This document shows positions 20,487 to 30,393 of a stretch of DNA of 64,000 nucleotides, piece by piece. The notes under the pieces were generated by a model that saw only the letters and a program-made list of their open reading frames with translations, had not been told where the DNA came from and did not search any database. Each line of letters begins with the position of its first letter. Position 1 is the first letter of the stretch. Source of the stretch: Planctomycetota bacterium (lineage in GTDB: Bacteria > Planctomycetota > B15-G4 > SIAN01); assembly GCA_031409275.1 (NCBI GenBank), contig JANNXA010000014.1, positions 128,001 through 192,000 on the forward strand. The letters are read 5' to 3'. The position numbers and the translations under genes are program-made.

Positions 20487-20881
20487 AACGGCGCGTTGAC
20501 GCGGAGACGGTCCGAGCGCTCGCGCTCGCGCTGCCCGAAGCGGTCGAGTCGGCGCACATGGACCACCCCGACTTCCGCGTGCGCGGGAAGATCTTCGCCA
20601 CGCTCCCCGCCGACGGCGCATCGACCTGCCTCAAGGTCCGGCCCGAGGACCTCGAAGCGCTGGTCGCCGCCGATCCGAAGTCGTACCGCCCGGTCTGGGG
20701 CGGCCGCTGGCTGGCGATCGACCTCGCGCACGTCTCGCGCAAGGCGCTGGCGGCGCTGCTCGCCGACGCCTGGCTGCTGACGGCGCCCAAGAAATTGGCA
20801 ACCGCTTTCCTCGCGCAGCGGCCTTCAACGCGAGGCGGCGACCTCGGCCGCGCTGAGCGCGACGGTGATGGCGCACCATGA
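20483..20881 (+). CDS. MmcQ/YjbR family protein
   Basis: ALALPEAVE...PDFRVRGKIFA...W pattern; GTGA overlap with the ferredoxin. Confidence 0.85.
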   Translation: MKRRVDAETVRALALALPEAVESAHMDHPDFRVRGKIFATLPADGASTCLKVRPEDLEALVAADPKSYRPVWGGRWLAIDLAHVSRKALAALLADAWLLTAPKKLATAFLAQRPSTRGGDLGRAERDGDGAP

Positions 20882-21964
20882 ATCGGGTTCGCGCTTCATG
20901 AGGTAGCGCGCGTCGGCGAGGTGGACGCGAGCGCCGCCATCGGCCGTCGCCTCCGCCCATCCCCACGGCAGCCGCGCGAAGGAGCGCATCGCCGCCGCCG
21001 CGGGCTGCTGCCACGCGAAGCGCACGCGCGGATCGGCGCGGCCGATCGGGACGCCCGCCGCGGCCAGCGCGCCGCTGCCGTCGACGGCGCGGCTCGCCAC
21101 TTCGCGACCGGCAAGATCGAACGTCCGCCAGCGCAACTGCACGCCGTCGTCGAGCGCGAAGGCAAAGCGCGTCGGATCGGCAAGCGTCGGTGAACGCATG
21201 CGAATCATCGCGGCGAGCTGCGGATCGGCGCGCACCAACGACTCGACGCGCGCCCCCAGCAGCGCGAGCAGCGTGAGGTAGCCCGCCACCAGCGACGCGC
21301 CGATCGCGACGACTCGCTGCGGCCGCGCGGCCCCGACGCCGCGGGCGCGCGCGACCGCCAGCGCCGCGATCAACGGCGGCAGCGCCCAGCGAACGAACGG
21401 CGGCGAGCGATCGTGCAGCAGCACCGCGAGCAGCGCCAGCGCGCCAAGCAGCGTCCAGGCAACATGCCCTGCACGACTCCGCGCGCCAGCGAGCGCGGCC
21501 GTCCCCCCGAGCAGCAGCCACAGCCACGGATCGACGATGAAGACGAGATCGCCGAAGTGGCGCGTTTCGGCGAACGGAAGCCAAGGACGTACGCCGTAGT
21601 TGTTGAGCAGATCGAGCGCCGGATGGGTCAGCAATCCGAGCGCGGCCGGCCAGAGGTAGGCGCGCCACCGGAGGCGCGGAGCGGAGCGGTCGCGCGGCAG
21701 CTCGCGCCCCTCGATCCAGCGGATGGCGGCGGCGAGCAGCAGCGTCTGCACCACGAGGCCGAGCAGCGCGTGGGTGAGGCCGCGATGGTGGACGAGATAG
21801 GCCGCCTTGCGCGCCATTCCGTCGGCCGCGAACAGCATCACCACGGCATCGGCATCGGGCAGATTGGCGCCGATCAGCAAGGAAATCGGGGCGAGCGGCG
21901 TCAAGCGACCGACTCGAGTCTTCGCCAGCGCTGCGCCGCACAGCGTGTGGGTCAGGTTGTCCAT
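20825..21964 (-). CDS. metal-dependent membrane hydrolase (YdjM-like)
   Basis: MDNLTHTL, ANLPDAD, HHRGLTH, THPALDLLNNYG, IVDPW. Confidence 0.88.
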   Translation of the reverse strand: MDNLTHTLCGAALAKTRVGRLTPLAPISLLIGANLPDADAVVMLFAADGMARKAAYLVHHRGLTHALLGLVVQTLLLAAAIRWIEGRELPRDRSAPRLRWRAYLWPAALGLLTHPALDLLNNYGVRPWLPFAETRHFGDLVFIVDPWLWLLLGGTAALAGARSRAGHVAWTLLGALALLAVLLHDRSPPFVRWALPPLIAALAVARARGVGAARPQRVVAIGASLVAGYLTLLALLGARVESLVRADPQLAAMIRMRSPTLADPTRFAFALDDGVQLRWRTFDLAGREVASRAVDGSGALAAAGVPIGRADPRVRFAWQQPAAAAMRSFARLPWGWAEATADGGARVHLADARYLMKREPDSWCAITVALSAAEVAASR

Positions 21965-21983
21965 GCGAGCGCTCCGCCGCCCC

Positions 21984-23249
21984 TCACGATGCACCCGGCG
22001 ACGACGGCGGCGACCGCTTCGTCGGCCGCGGCTTGGGCCCGACGTCGGGACCTGGCGACGCGCGGTCGAGCAGCGAGCCGCGCGTGACGGCCGCGTCGCC
22101 GAAGCGCGCGCGCAGCTCGTCGACGGCCCGCGTCACCGCTCGCCCCTGCTTGACGGTGCGATCCTCGAAGAGCGCGGGCTGCTGTCCGTTGCGGAAATGG
22201 GACAGCGACACGCCGATCAAGCGGATCGAGCGGCGCGTGGTGTCGCAGCGCTTCAGCAGCTCGCGCGCGACGGGCAGGATCGCCTCGGTGGTGTCGACGC
22301 CTTCCGCGACCGTGCGCGCGCGCGACACCGTCTCGAAGTCGTCGGTGCGCAGCTTCACGGTCACCGTGCGCCCGGCGAGGTGATGGCGACGCAGCCGAGC
22401 GGCGAGCTGCTCGATCAGCGCCAGCAGCATGCGCGCGACCTCCTCGCGATCGTCGACATCGACCTCGAAGGTGTGCTCGCGCCCGAGCGACTGCGCCGCG
22501 CGTTCCGGCTCGACCGGCCGCTCGTCCTCGCCCCGCGCGAGCGCGAGCAGGTGCGGACCAACGTTGGTCCCGAGCGCGGCCGCAAGATGCGCGGGATCGA
22601 GGCGCGCGACGTCGCCGATGGTGCGCGCGCCAAGTTGGTGGAGGCGCGTCGCCGTCTTCGGCCCCGCTCCCCACAGCCGCTCGAGCGGCAGCGGTGCGAG
22701 GAACGCGGCGGCGGCGCCCGGCGCGCCATCGACGACGACGAGCCCCGCCGGCTTCTTCAGGTCGGACGCGATCTTCGCGACGAACTTGCAGGGCGCGACG
22801 CCGATCGAGACCGAGAGCTGCTCCTGCGCCTGCACGAGGTCATGGATCTTGCGCGCGATGGTCGGGCCATCGCCGTGGAGCCGCTCGCTGCCGGTGACGT
22901 CGAGGAACGCTTCATCGACCGAGAGCGGCTCGACGAGATCGGTGAAGCGCTCGAGCAGCGCGAAGAAACGCTGCGAAACGGCGAGGTAGAGCTCCATGCG
23001 CGGCGGCAGGAAGATCGCCTGCGGACAGAGCGCAAACGCGCGCCCGATCGGCAGCGCCGAGTGGACCCCGAAGCGGCGCGCTTCGTAGCTCGCGGCGGAG
23101 ACCACCCCGCGGCCGCGGCCGCCTTTGGGATCGGCCCCCACCACCACCGGCAGGCCGCGCAACTGCGGACGCTCGCGCACTTCGACCGCCGCGTAGAACG
23201 CGTCGAGGTCGACATGGAGGATCGTGCGCGGCGTCGTGGAAGCGGTCAC
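21984..23249 (-). CDS. dinB: DNA polymerase IV (Y family)
   Basis: ILHVDLDAFYAAVE, ASYEARRFGV, SVDEAFLD, KFVAKIASD, LWGAGPKT, IRLIGV. GTG start inferred. Confidence 0.95.
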   Translation of the reverse strand: MTASTTPRTILHVDLDAFYAAVEVRERPQLRGLPVVVGADPKGGRGRGVVSAASYEARRFGVHSALPIGRAFALCPQAIFLPPRMELYLAVSQRFFALLERFTDLVEPLSVDEAFLDVTGSERLHGDGPTIARKIHDLVQAQEQLSVSIGVAPCKFVAKIASDLKKPAGLVVVDGAPGAAAAFLAPLPLERLWGAGPKTATRLHQLGARTIGDVARLDPAHLAAALGTNVGPHLLALARGEDERPVEPERAAQSLGREHTFEVDVDDREEVARMLLALIEQLAARLRRHHLAGRTVTVKLRTDDFETVSRARTVAEGVDTTEAILPVARELLKRCDTTRRSIRLIGVSLSHFRNGQQPALFEDRTVKQGRAVTRAVDELRARFGDAAVTRGSLLDRASPGPDVGPKPRPTKRSPPSSPGAS

Positions 23250-23272
23250 GGCGCGGCCATCATGCCGTGCGT

Positions 23273-24304
23273 TCAGTGCGCCCCAGCGACCGGCAGGAAC
23301 AGCGCGAAGCCCTTCGAGAAGAGGACGCCGAGCACGATGCAGACCGGGAAGGTCAGCAGCCATGCGTAGAGGATCTTCTTGCCGACTTCCCAGCGCACGC
23401 GCCGCATCCCCTTCGCGGCAGCGACTCCGGTGATCGAGCCGGTGATGGCGTGGGTCGTGCTGAGCGGGATGCCTTGGCTGGTGCAGACGAAGATCGTCGT
23501 CGCCGCGCCGACCTCGGCCGCGAAGCCCTGGTAGGTCTCGAGGTGCGACAGTCGGCTGCCCATCGTCTTGATGACCGACCAGCCGCCGACCATCGAGCCG
23601 ACGCCCATCGCGACGGCGCAGATGATGCGCACCCAGAACGGCACGTGCCATTCGCCGTGCGCCGCGCCGCCCGCCATGAGGGCGCCGGTGATGATCCCCA
23701 TCGCCTTCTGGGCGTCGCCGGTGCCGTGCGCAAACGCCATGTAGCCGGCCGAGGCGATCTGCAGCTTTCCGAAGACGGAATTGACGTGCGCCGGCCGCCA
23801 GCGCCGGCAGATCCAGCAGACCAGCGTCACCACCACCATGCCGAGCAAGAAACCGATGATCGGCGAGGTGAAGACGCCGATGACGATCTTCTGGATCCCC
23901 TTGCCTTCCAGCGCGTGGCCGCCAGCCGTGGCGATCACGGCGCCGACCAGCGCCCCCATCAACGAGTGCGAACAGCTGATGGGCAGCCCGCGCCACGTGC
24001 AGAGCGTGATCCACAACGGCGCCGCGATCAGCGCCGCGAGGTAGGTGGCACTGGTCAGCAACGCCGGATCGGCGATCTCCTTGCCGACCGTCTTCGCCAC
24101 CTCGCCGCTGACCAGCGCGCCGATGAAGTTGAACGCGGCGCCGAAGAGCACCGCCGTCACCGGCTTCATGACGCGCGTGCAGACCGCGGTGGCGATCGCG
24201 TTCGACGCGTCGTTCCAGCCGTTGGCGAGGTCGAACAGGATCGCGCCGGCGACGATCAGCCAGCCGACCCAGCCGAGGTGATCGAGCGCTTCGAGGAAGC
24301 TCAT
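23273..24304 (-). CDS. inorganic phosphate transporter (PiT family)
   Basis: NGWNDASNAIAT, PISCSHSL, AHGTGDAQK, PLSTTH signature motifs; multiple TM segments. Confidence 0.93.
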   Translation of the reverse strand: MSFLEALDHLGWVGWLIVAGAILFDLANGWNDASNAIATAVCTRVMKPVTAVLFGAAFNFIGALVSGEVAKTVGKEIADPALLTSATYLAALIAAPLWITLCTWRGLPISCSHSLMGALVGAVIATAGGHALEGKGIQKIVIGVFTSPIIGFLLGMVVVTLVCWICRRWRPAHVNSVFGKLQIASAGYMAFAHGTGDAQKAMGIITGALMAGGAAHGEWHVPFWVRIICAVAMGVGSMVGGWSVIKTMGSRLSHLETYQGFAAEVGAATTIFVCTSQGIPLSTTHAITGSITGVAAAKGMRRVRWEVGKKILYAWLLTFPVCIVLGVLFSKGFALFLPVAGAH

Positions 24305-24317
24305 CGAGGAGCGCCGC

Positions 24318-24941
24318 TCACGAGTGCCGGATCACGATCGACTCGACCACGTTGGCGACGTCCGAGCAGGAGTCGGTCGCCTTCTCGAGATCGCCGTAGA
24401 TGTCCTTCCACTTGATGATCTCGATCGCGTCGGTCTTCTCGTCGAAGAGCGCGGCGAGGCCGTGCTGCTCGATGCGATCGCCTTCCGACTCCTGCTGCTG
24501 GATCTGCAGGCAGGTGTTGAGGATCAGCTGCGGCTTCTTCAGGTTGCGCAGCAGCGGCATCAGTTCGCGGATGAGCGCGGTCGCCTTCAGCAGCACCTTG
24601 CCCAGCGCGCGCGCATCGTCGGTCGGCGCCTTCACGCGGTAGAGCACCAGCCGACTGGTGGCTTCGTCGATGTGGTCGAGCACGTCGTCCATGCGGCAGA
24701 CGAGTTCGTGGATCTCCTCGCGATCGAAGGGAGCGAGGAAGGTCCGGTTCAGCTTCTCGATCGCCTCGCGCGTGAGGTGATCGCCCGCGTGCTCGACGTT
24801 GTTGATCTGCTTGGCCTTGTTGGGCAGATCGGTGAAGTCGGTCAGGAAGGCGTCGAGCAGGCGCCCCGCTTCCTGCAAGTTGTCGGCGGCGCGCTCGAAG
24901 AGATCGAAGAAGCCTTCATCCTGCGGCAGCAATCGGACCAC
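24318..24941 (-). CDS. DUF47 family phosphate transport regulator
   Basis: FFDLF, EHAGD, TFLAPFDREEI, MDDVLD, ESEGD, LEKATD; directly upstream of PiT. Confidence 0.92.
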   Translation of the reverse strand: MVRLLPQDEGFFDLFERAADNLQEAGRLLDAFLTDFTDLPNKAKQINNVEHAGDHLTREAIEKLNRTFLAPFDREEIHELVCRMDDVLDHIDEATSRLVLYRVKAPTDDARALGKVLLKATALIRELMPLLRNLKKPQLILNTCLQIQQQESEGDRIEQHGLAALFDEKTDAIEIIKWKDIYGDLEKATDSCSDVANVVESIVIRHS

Positions 24942-25082
24942 GGGGTGCCCTCTCTTCCCGCCGCGCGCAATGCAGCGGCGACCATCCCTCAAGGACCCAT
25001 CACCCAGTCTTCACGAAGCGGAGAAAGGTAGGCGCGGCCGAGAGTCGACGCAAGCGCGAGGAAACTGCCTCGGGTCGTGCCG

Positions 25083-27038
<1,956 letters not shown>

Positions 27039-27073
27039 CGCTGCAACATACCGGCCCTTCGAGGAGAGTGGCG

Positions 27074-28144
27074 ATGCGGCGATGGCGATTCGTGTTCGCG
27101 CTGGCGCTGGCAGGGGCGCCGCTCGCCGCCGGCCGGACCAGTCGAACCGCGGCAGCGGCAGCATTGACCGCCGACGCAGGGACCTTCGAAACAGAGCAGC
27201 GCGACGCGACCGCGCGCTACCTCGCCGCGCTGCGTCCGGAGTCGCGCACGCGAGCCCAGTTCGCCTTCGACGACGCGCAGCGACTCGACTGGCACTTCAT
27301 CCCGCGCGAGCGCCGCGGACTTCCGCTCGCCGCGATGGAGCCGCAGGAGCGGCTCGCGACCGACGCGCTGCTGCGGTCGTTCTTGAGTTCGCGCGGCTAC
27401 CTGCGCGTCGACGGCGTGCTGGGACTCGAACAGGTGCTGCGCGAGGCGGAACAGGCCAAAGGAGGCGACGGCCTTTGGCGCAATCGGGAGCTCTACTTCG
27501 TCAGCGTCTTCGGCGAGAGCTCCGGCAGCGCGCCGTGGGGGTGGCGCTTCGAGGGGCACCACCTCTCGCTCAATTTCACGGGCGTCGCGGGCTCCGGCAT
27601 CGCGGCGACACCGCTTTTTCTCGGCGCCAACCCCGGACAAGTCCGTAGCGGCCCACGCACCGGCTTCGAACTGCTGGGGGCGATCGGGACTGCGGCGCGA
27701 GCGCTGCTCGCGGCCCTGCCGTCGGCGCAGCGCGCGGATGCCGTCGTCGCGACGGCGGCTCCGGCGGACGTTCTCTTTGGTCCGGGCAAAGCTCCGCCCG
27801 ACCTTGCGCAGGGACTTGAGCTGTCGAAGTTGGAGGAGGGCGCGCTCGCGCGCCTCGTCGAACTGGTGCAAGAACTGCCATTGAACGACCTGCGAGCGAG
27901 CCAGACCGCGGCACTGCAGACGGCCAGGCTCCGAGGCCAACCGGCCGCCGAGGGGCGCTTCGTCTGGGCGGGGAGCGAAGAGTTGGGCAAGCCCCACTAC
28001 TGGCGGCTGGTGCTCGGCACCGCGGTCACCGAATGGGACAACACCCAGGATGACGCCAACCACGTCCACTTGCTGGTGCGCGATGTCCGTCACGACTTCG
28101 CGGGTGAGTGGCTGCAGCTCCACCACCGGGCGGAGGAGCGGTGA
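27074..28144 (+). CDS. DUF3500 domain secreted protein
   Basis: RBS GAGGAG; signal peptide; WHFIPRERRGL, WGWRFEGHHLSLNFT, PLFLGANP, EWDNTQ...NHVH. Confidence 0.87.
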   Translation: MRRWRFVFALALAGAPLAAGRTSRTAAAAALTADAGTFETEQRDATARYLAALRPESRTRAQFAFDDAQRLDWHFIPRERRGLPLAAMEPQERLATDALLRSFLSSRGYLRVDGVLGLEQVLREAEQAKGGDGLWRNRELYFVSVFGESSGSAPWGWRFEGHHLSLNFTGVAGSGIAATPLFLGANPGQVRSGPRTGFELLGAIGTAARALLAALPSAQRADAVVATAAPADVLFGPGKAPPDLAQGLELSKLEEGALARLVELVQELPLNDLRASQTAALQTARLRGQPAAEGRFVWAGSEELGKPHYWRLVLGTAVTEWDNTQDDANHVHLLVRDVRHDFAGEWLQLHHRAEER

Positions 28145-28285
28145 AAGTCGCGATAGCGCGGGGTTCCCCGCCGGAGGTGGTTCAATGCGCGCGCGAGTCC
28201 AGATGGGTATCAGCACATCGCCCGATCCGGCGGTCAAACTGACCGTCGTCCCCCGCGAGTTGACGACGAATTTCAGCTACTATAC

Positions 28286-28312
28286 ATTGTCCATATTGTC
28301 CATCATTGGCAT
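28286..28312. repeat. tandem 9-bp direct repeat ATTGTCCAT x2 plus a degenerate third copy; candidate activator-binding site
   Basis: ATTGTCCAT at 28286-28294 and 28295-28303, ATTGGCAT at 28305-28312, inside a conspicuously AT-rich patch. Confidence 0.6.
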
Positions 28313-28373
28313 TTAGGTCGGTAAGTCTGCGAACGGAGAGCGATCACCTGCACGGTTCGGCGGATGCCTGGAA

Positions 28374-28389
28374 TGGCACGACGAGTGCG
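28374..28389 (+). promoter_or_regulatory. candidate sigma54 (-24/-12) promoter
   Basis: TGGCACG-ACGA-GTGCG: exact GG-N10-GC spacing and a perfect TGGCACG -24 box, oriented toward the CDS at 28645. Confidence 0.65.
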
Positions 28390-28644
28390 ATAAGTGAAAT
28401 CAACGTGAAGACCAAAGACAGGTCGACAGATCGGCGCTAGCTTTGGCGCTCGTTGCGTTGACGGCAAGATTGCGCTCTGCATCGCAGTAGCGCAGCTCGC
28501 CTCGGAGCAGCGGCCGAAGTCCCCCGACGACGGTTCGGTTTCGTTTGAACAATGGTCGCCGACTTCCCCCAAGTCGACGACTCCGTGTGAAGAAGAAGTC
28601 GATTGAACCCCTTCTGGTGCCTGAGAGAGAAAAGGAGCGAGTCC

Positions 28645-30147
28645 ATGATGAAATCGAGTTCCATCGCGCTGATCGCGCTGTTTGGCGCGGCGCCTGTCGC
28701 GATGGCCGGGACGTTGAACGTCCCTTCGCAGTACCCCACCGTGCAGGCCGGCATCGATGCCGCCGTCGACGGTGACACCGTGCTCGTGGCCAAGGGCACG
28801 TACGTTGAGAACATCGACCTGAAGGGCAAGCAGATCACCCTGCAGGGCAAGGGCATCAACATCTCGGTCCTGAACGGCAAGAAGGGCGGCTCGACCGTCA
28901 CGATGAAGTCGGGCGAGACGGCTGCCACCGTCATCACCGGCTTCTCCATCCGTGAAGGAACCGGCACGCCGATCAGCGGCAAGCTCTACGGCGGCGGCGT
29001 CTACATCGCCGGCGGCTCCGATCCGACCATCATCGACACCGCGGTCGGCTTCAACACGGCCGACTTCGGCGCCGGTCTGTTCATCGACGTCGGTAGCGAC
29101 CCGTTGATCCAGGACTGCCTGATCGTCAACAACGTCACCGGTGCCGCGGGCCTCGGCGGCGGCATCTACATCGCTGGCAACCCGGTCCTCGACAACAACC
29201 GCATCGCTGAGAACACGGCGACCAGCGGATCTGGCGGCGGCGTCTACGCTGCCAACAGCACGACCTCGTACACGAACAACCAGTTCGACCACAACCTCGC
29301 CTACTACGGCGGCGGCCTCCACATCAGCGGCGGCACCCCGTCGATCACCGACAACCTCTTCGAAGAGAACACGGTGATGCGCGCGCCGATCAACGGCGAA
29401 GGCGCCGGCCTCGCGATCACCAACGGCGCGACGCCGTGGGTGTACAACAACGAGTTCCGCCTCAACCTCGCTCACAGCGGCGCCGGCATCTACGTCTACG
29501 ACGCCGCTCCGTCCATCGTGACCAACCTGATCCACGACAACAACGCGGCGGTCAACACGACGGGCGCGTTCGGCTACGGCGGCGGCATGTCGCTCGGCAA
29601 GGGTCGCGGCACGATCGAGCTGAATGAGATCTACTTCAACTCGGCCGCACTGGGCGGCGGTGTCTCGACGCGCAGCTCGACCACGACGCTGCTCTGCGGG
29701 AACATCATCGACCACAACGACACCGGCGCTGCGGGCGTCGGCGGCGGCGTCTATTCCAAGGACTCGAACCCGACCTTCCTCGCCAACACCGTCGCGGCCA
29801 ACAACGCCCTCAAGGGCGGCGGCGTCTATGCGGTGGGCAACAAGGGCCCGGCGTTCGACACCTCGATCATCTACTTCAACACTGCGAGCTCGAACAAGTC
29901 CTTCTTCGACGGCACCGGTGGCAAGCTGACCTTCGGCTTCTCCGACATCGAAGCGGCCTCGCTCGGTGGCTCGAGCCTCTCGATCGACCCGCTCTTCGCA
30001 AACCTGGCGACGCGTGACTTCAGCCTCCAGGCCTCCTCGCCTGTGATCGACGCCGGCAACTTCACCTTCACGGGTGGTGCGACCGACGTCTACGGCAACG
30101 TCCGCGTGAGCGGCGGCCGCGTCGACATGGGCGCCGTCGAGAACTGA
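28645..30147 (+). CDS. secreted right-handed beta-helix repeat protein with choice-of-anchor-Q-like C-terminus
   Basis: RBS AAGGAG; signal peptide; VPSQYPTVQAGID start; repeated N-x-A-x(2-4)-GGG(I/V)Y units; ending SPVIDAGN...DVYGNVR...VDMGAVE. Confidence 0.88.
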   Translation: MMKSSSIALIALFGAAPVAMAGTLNVPSQYPTVQAGIDAAVDGDTVLVAKGTYVENIDLKGKQITLQGKGINISVLNGKKGGSTVTMKSGETAATVITGFSIREGTGTPISGKLYGGGVYIAGGSDPTIIDTAVGFNTADFGAGLFIDVGSDPLIQDCLIVNNVTGAAGLGGGIYIAGNPVLDNNRIAENTATSGSGGGVYAANSTTSYTNNQFDHNLAYYGGGLHISGGTPSITDNLFEENTVMRAPINGEGAGLAITNGATPWVYNNEFRLNLAHSGAGIYVYDAAPSIVTNLIHDNNAAVNTTGAFGYGGGMSLGKGRGTIELNEIYFNSAALGGGVSTRSSTTTLLCGNIIDHNDTGAAGVGGGVYSKDSNPTFLANTVAANNALKGGGVYAVGNKGPAFDTSIIYFNTASSNKSFFDGTGGKLTFGFSDIEAASLGGSSLSIDPLFANLATRDFSLQASSPVIDAGNFTFTGGATDVYGNVRVSGGRVDMGAVEN

Positions 30148-30197
30148 TCACGTCCACAAGCCGATATTGAACGCGAGTCTGAATGCAGATTCGGGAG

Positions 30198-30232
30198 GGG
30201 CCGGCTCGACAAGAGCCGGCCCTTCTTCATTT
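30198..30232 (+). terminator. rho-independent terminator
   Basis: Perfect 10-bp stem GGGCCGGCTC-GACAA-GAGCCGGCCC followed by TTCTTCATTT. Confidence 0.85.
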
Positions 30233-30393
30233 CCTGGGCGCACGCTGCCGACCGACTCGGTCTCGCCCCAGTGAGGGTGCGGGTTCGACCCTTGGACTGA
30301 GAAGTTCCCACGCGCCCCTGCTTGTGGTGGCGTGGGACGCGCCGAATAATCGCGCGCCACCTTCGCGCTCTACTCTCCAATCGGAATCGACCC

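Noticed and set aside
20825..20881. 57-bp 3' overlap of convergent genes (also 14273-14289)
   Set aside because: Short convergent overlaps are routine in high-GC genomes.
30280..30292. GGGTTCGACCC resembling a tRNA T-arm
   Set aside because: The loop is too short and no D-arm, anticodon arm or acceptor stem surrounds it.
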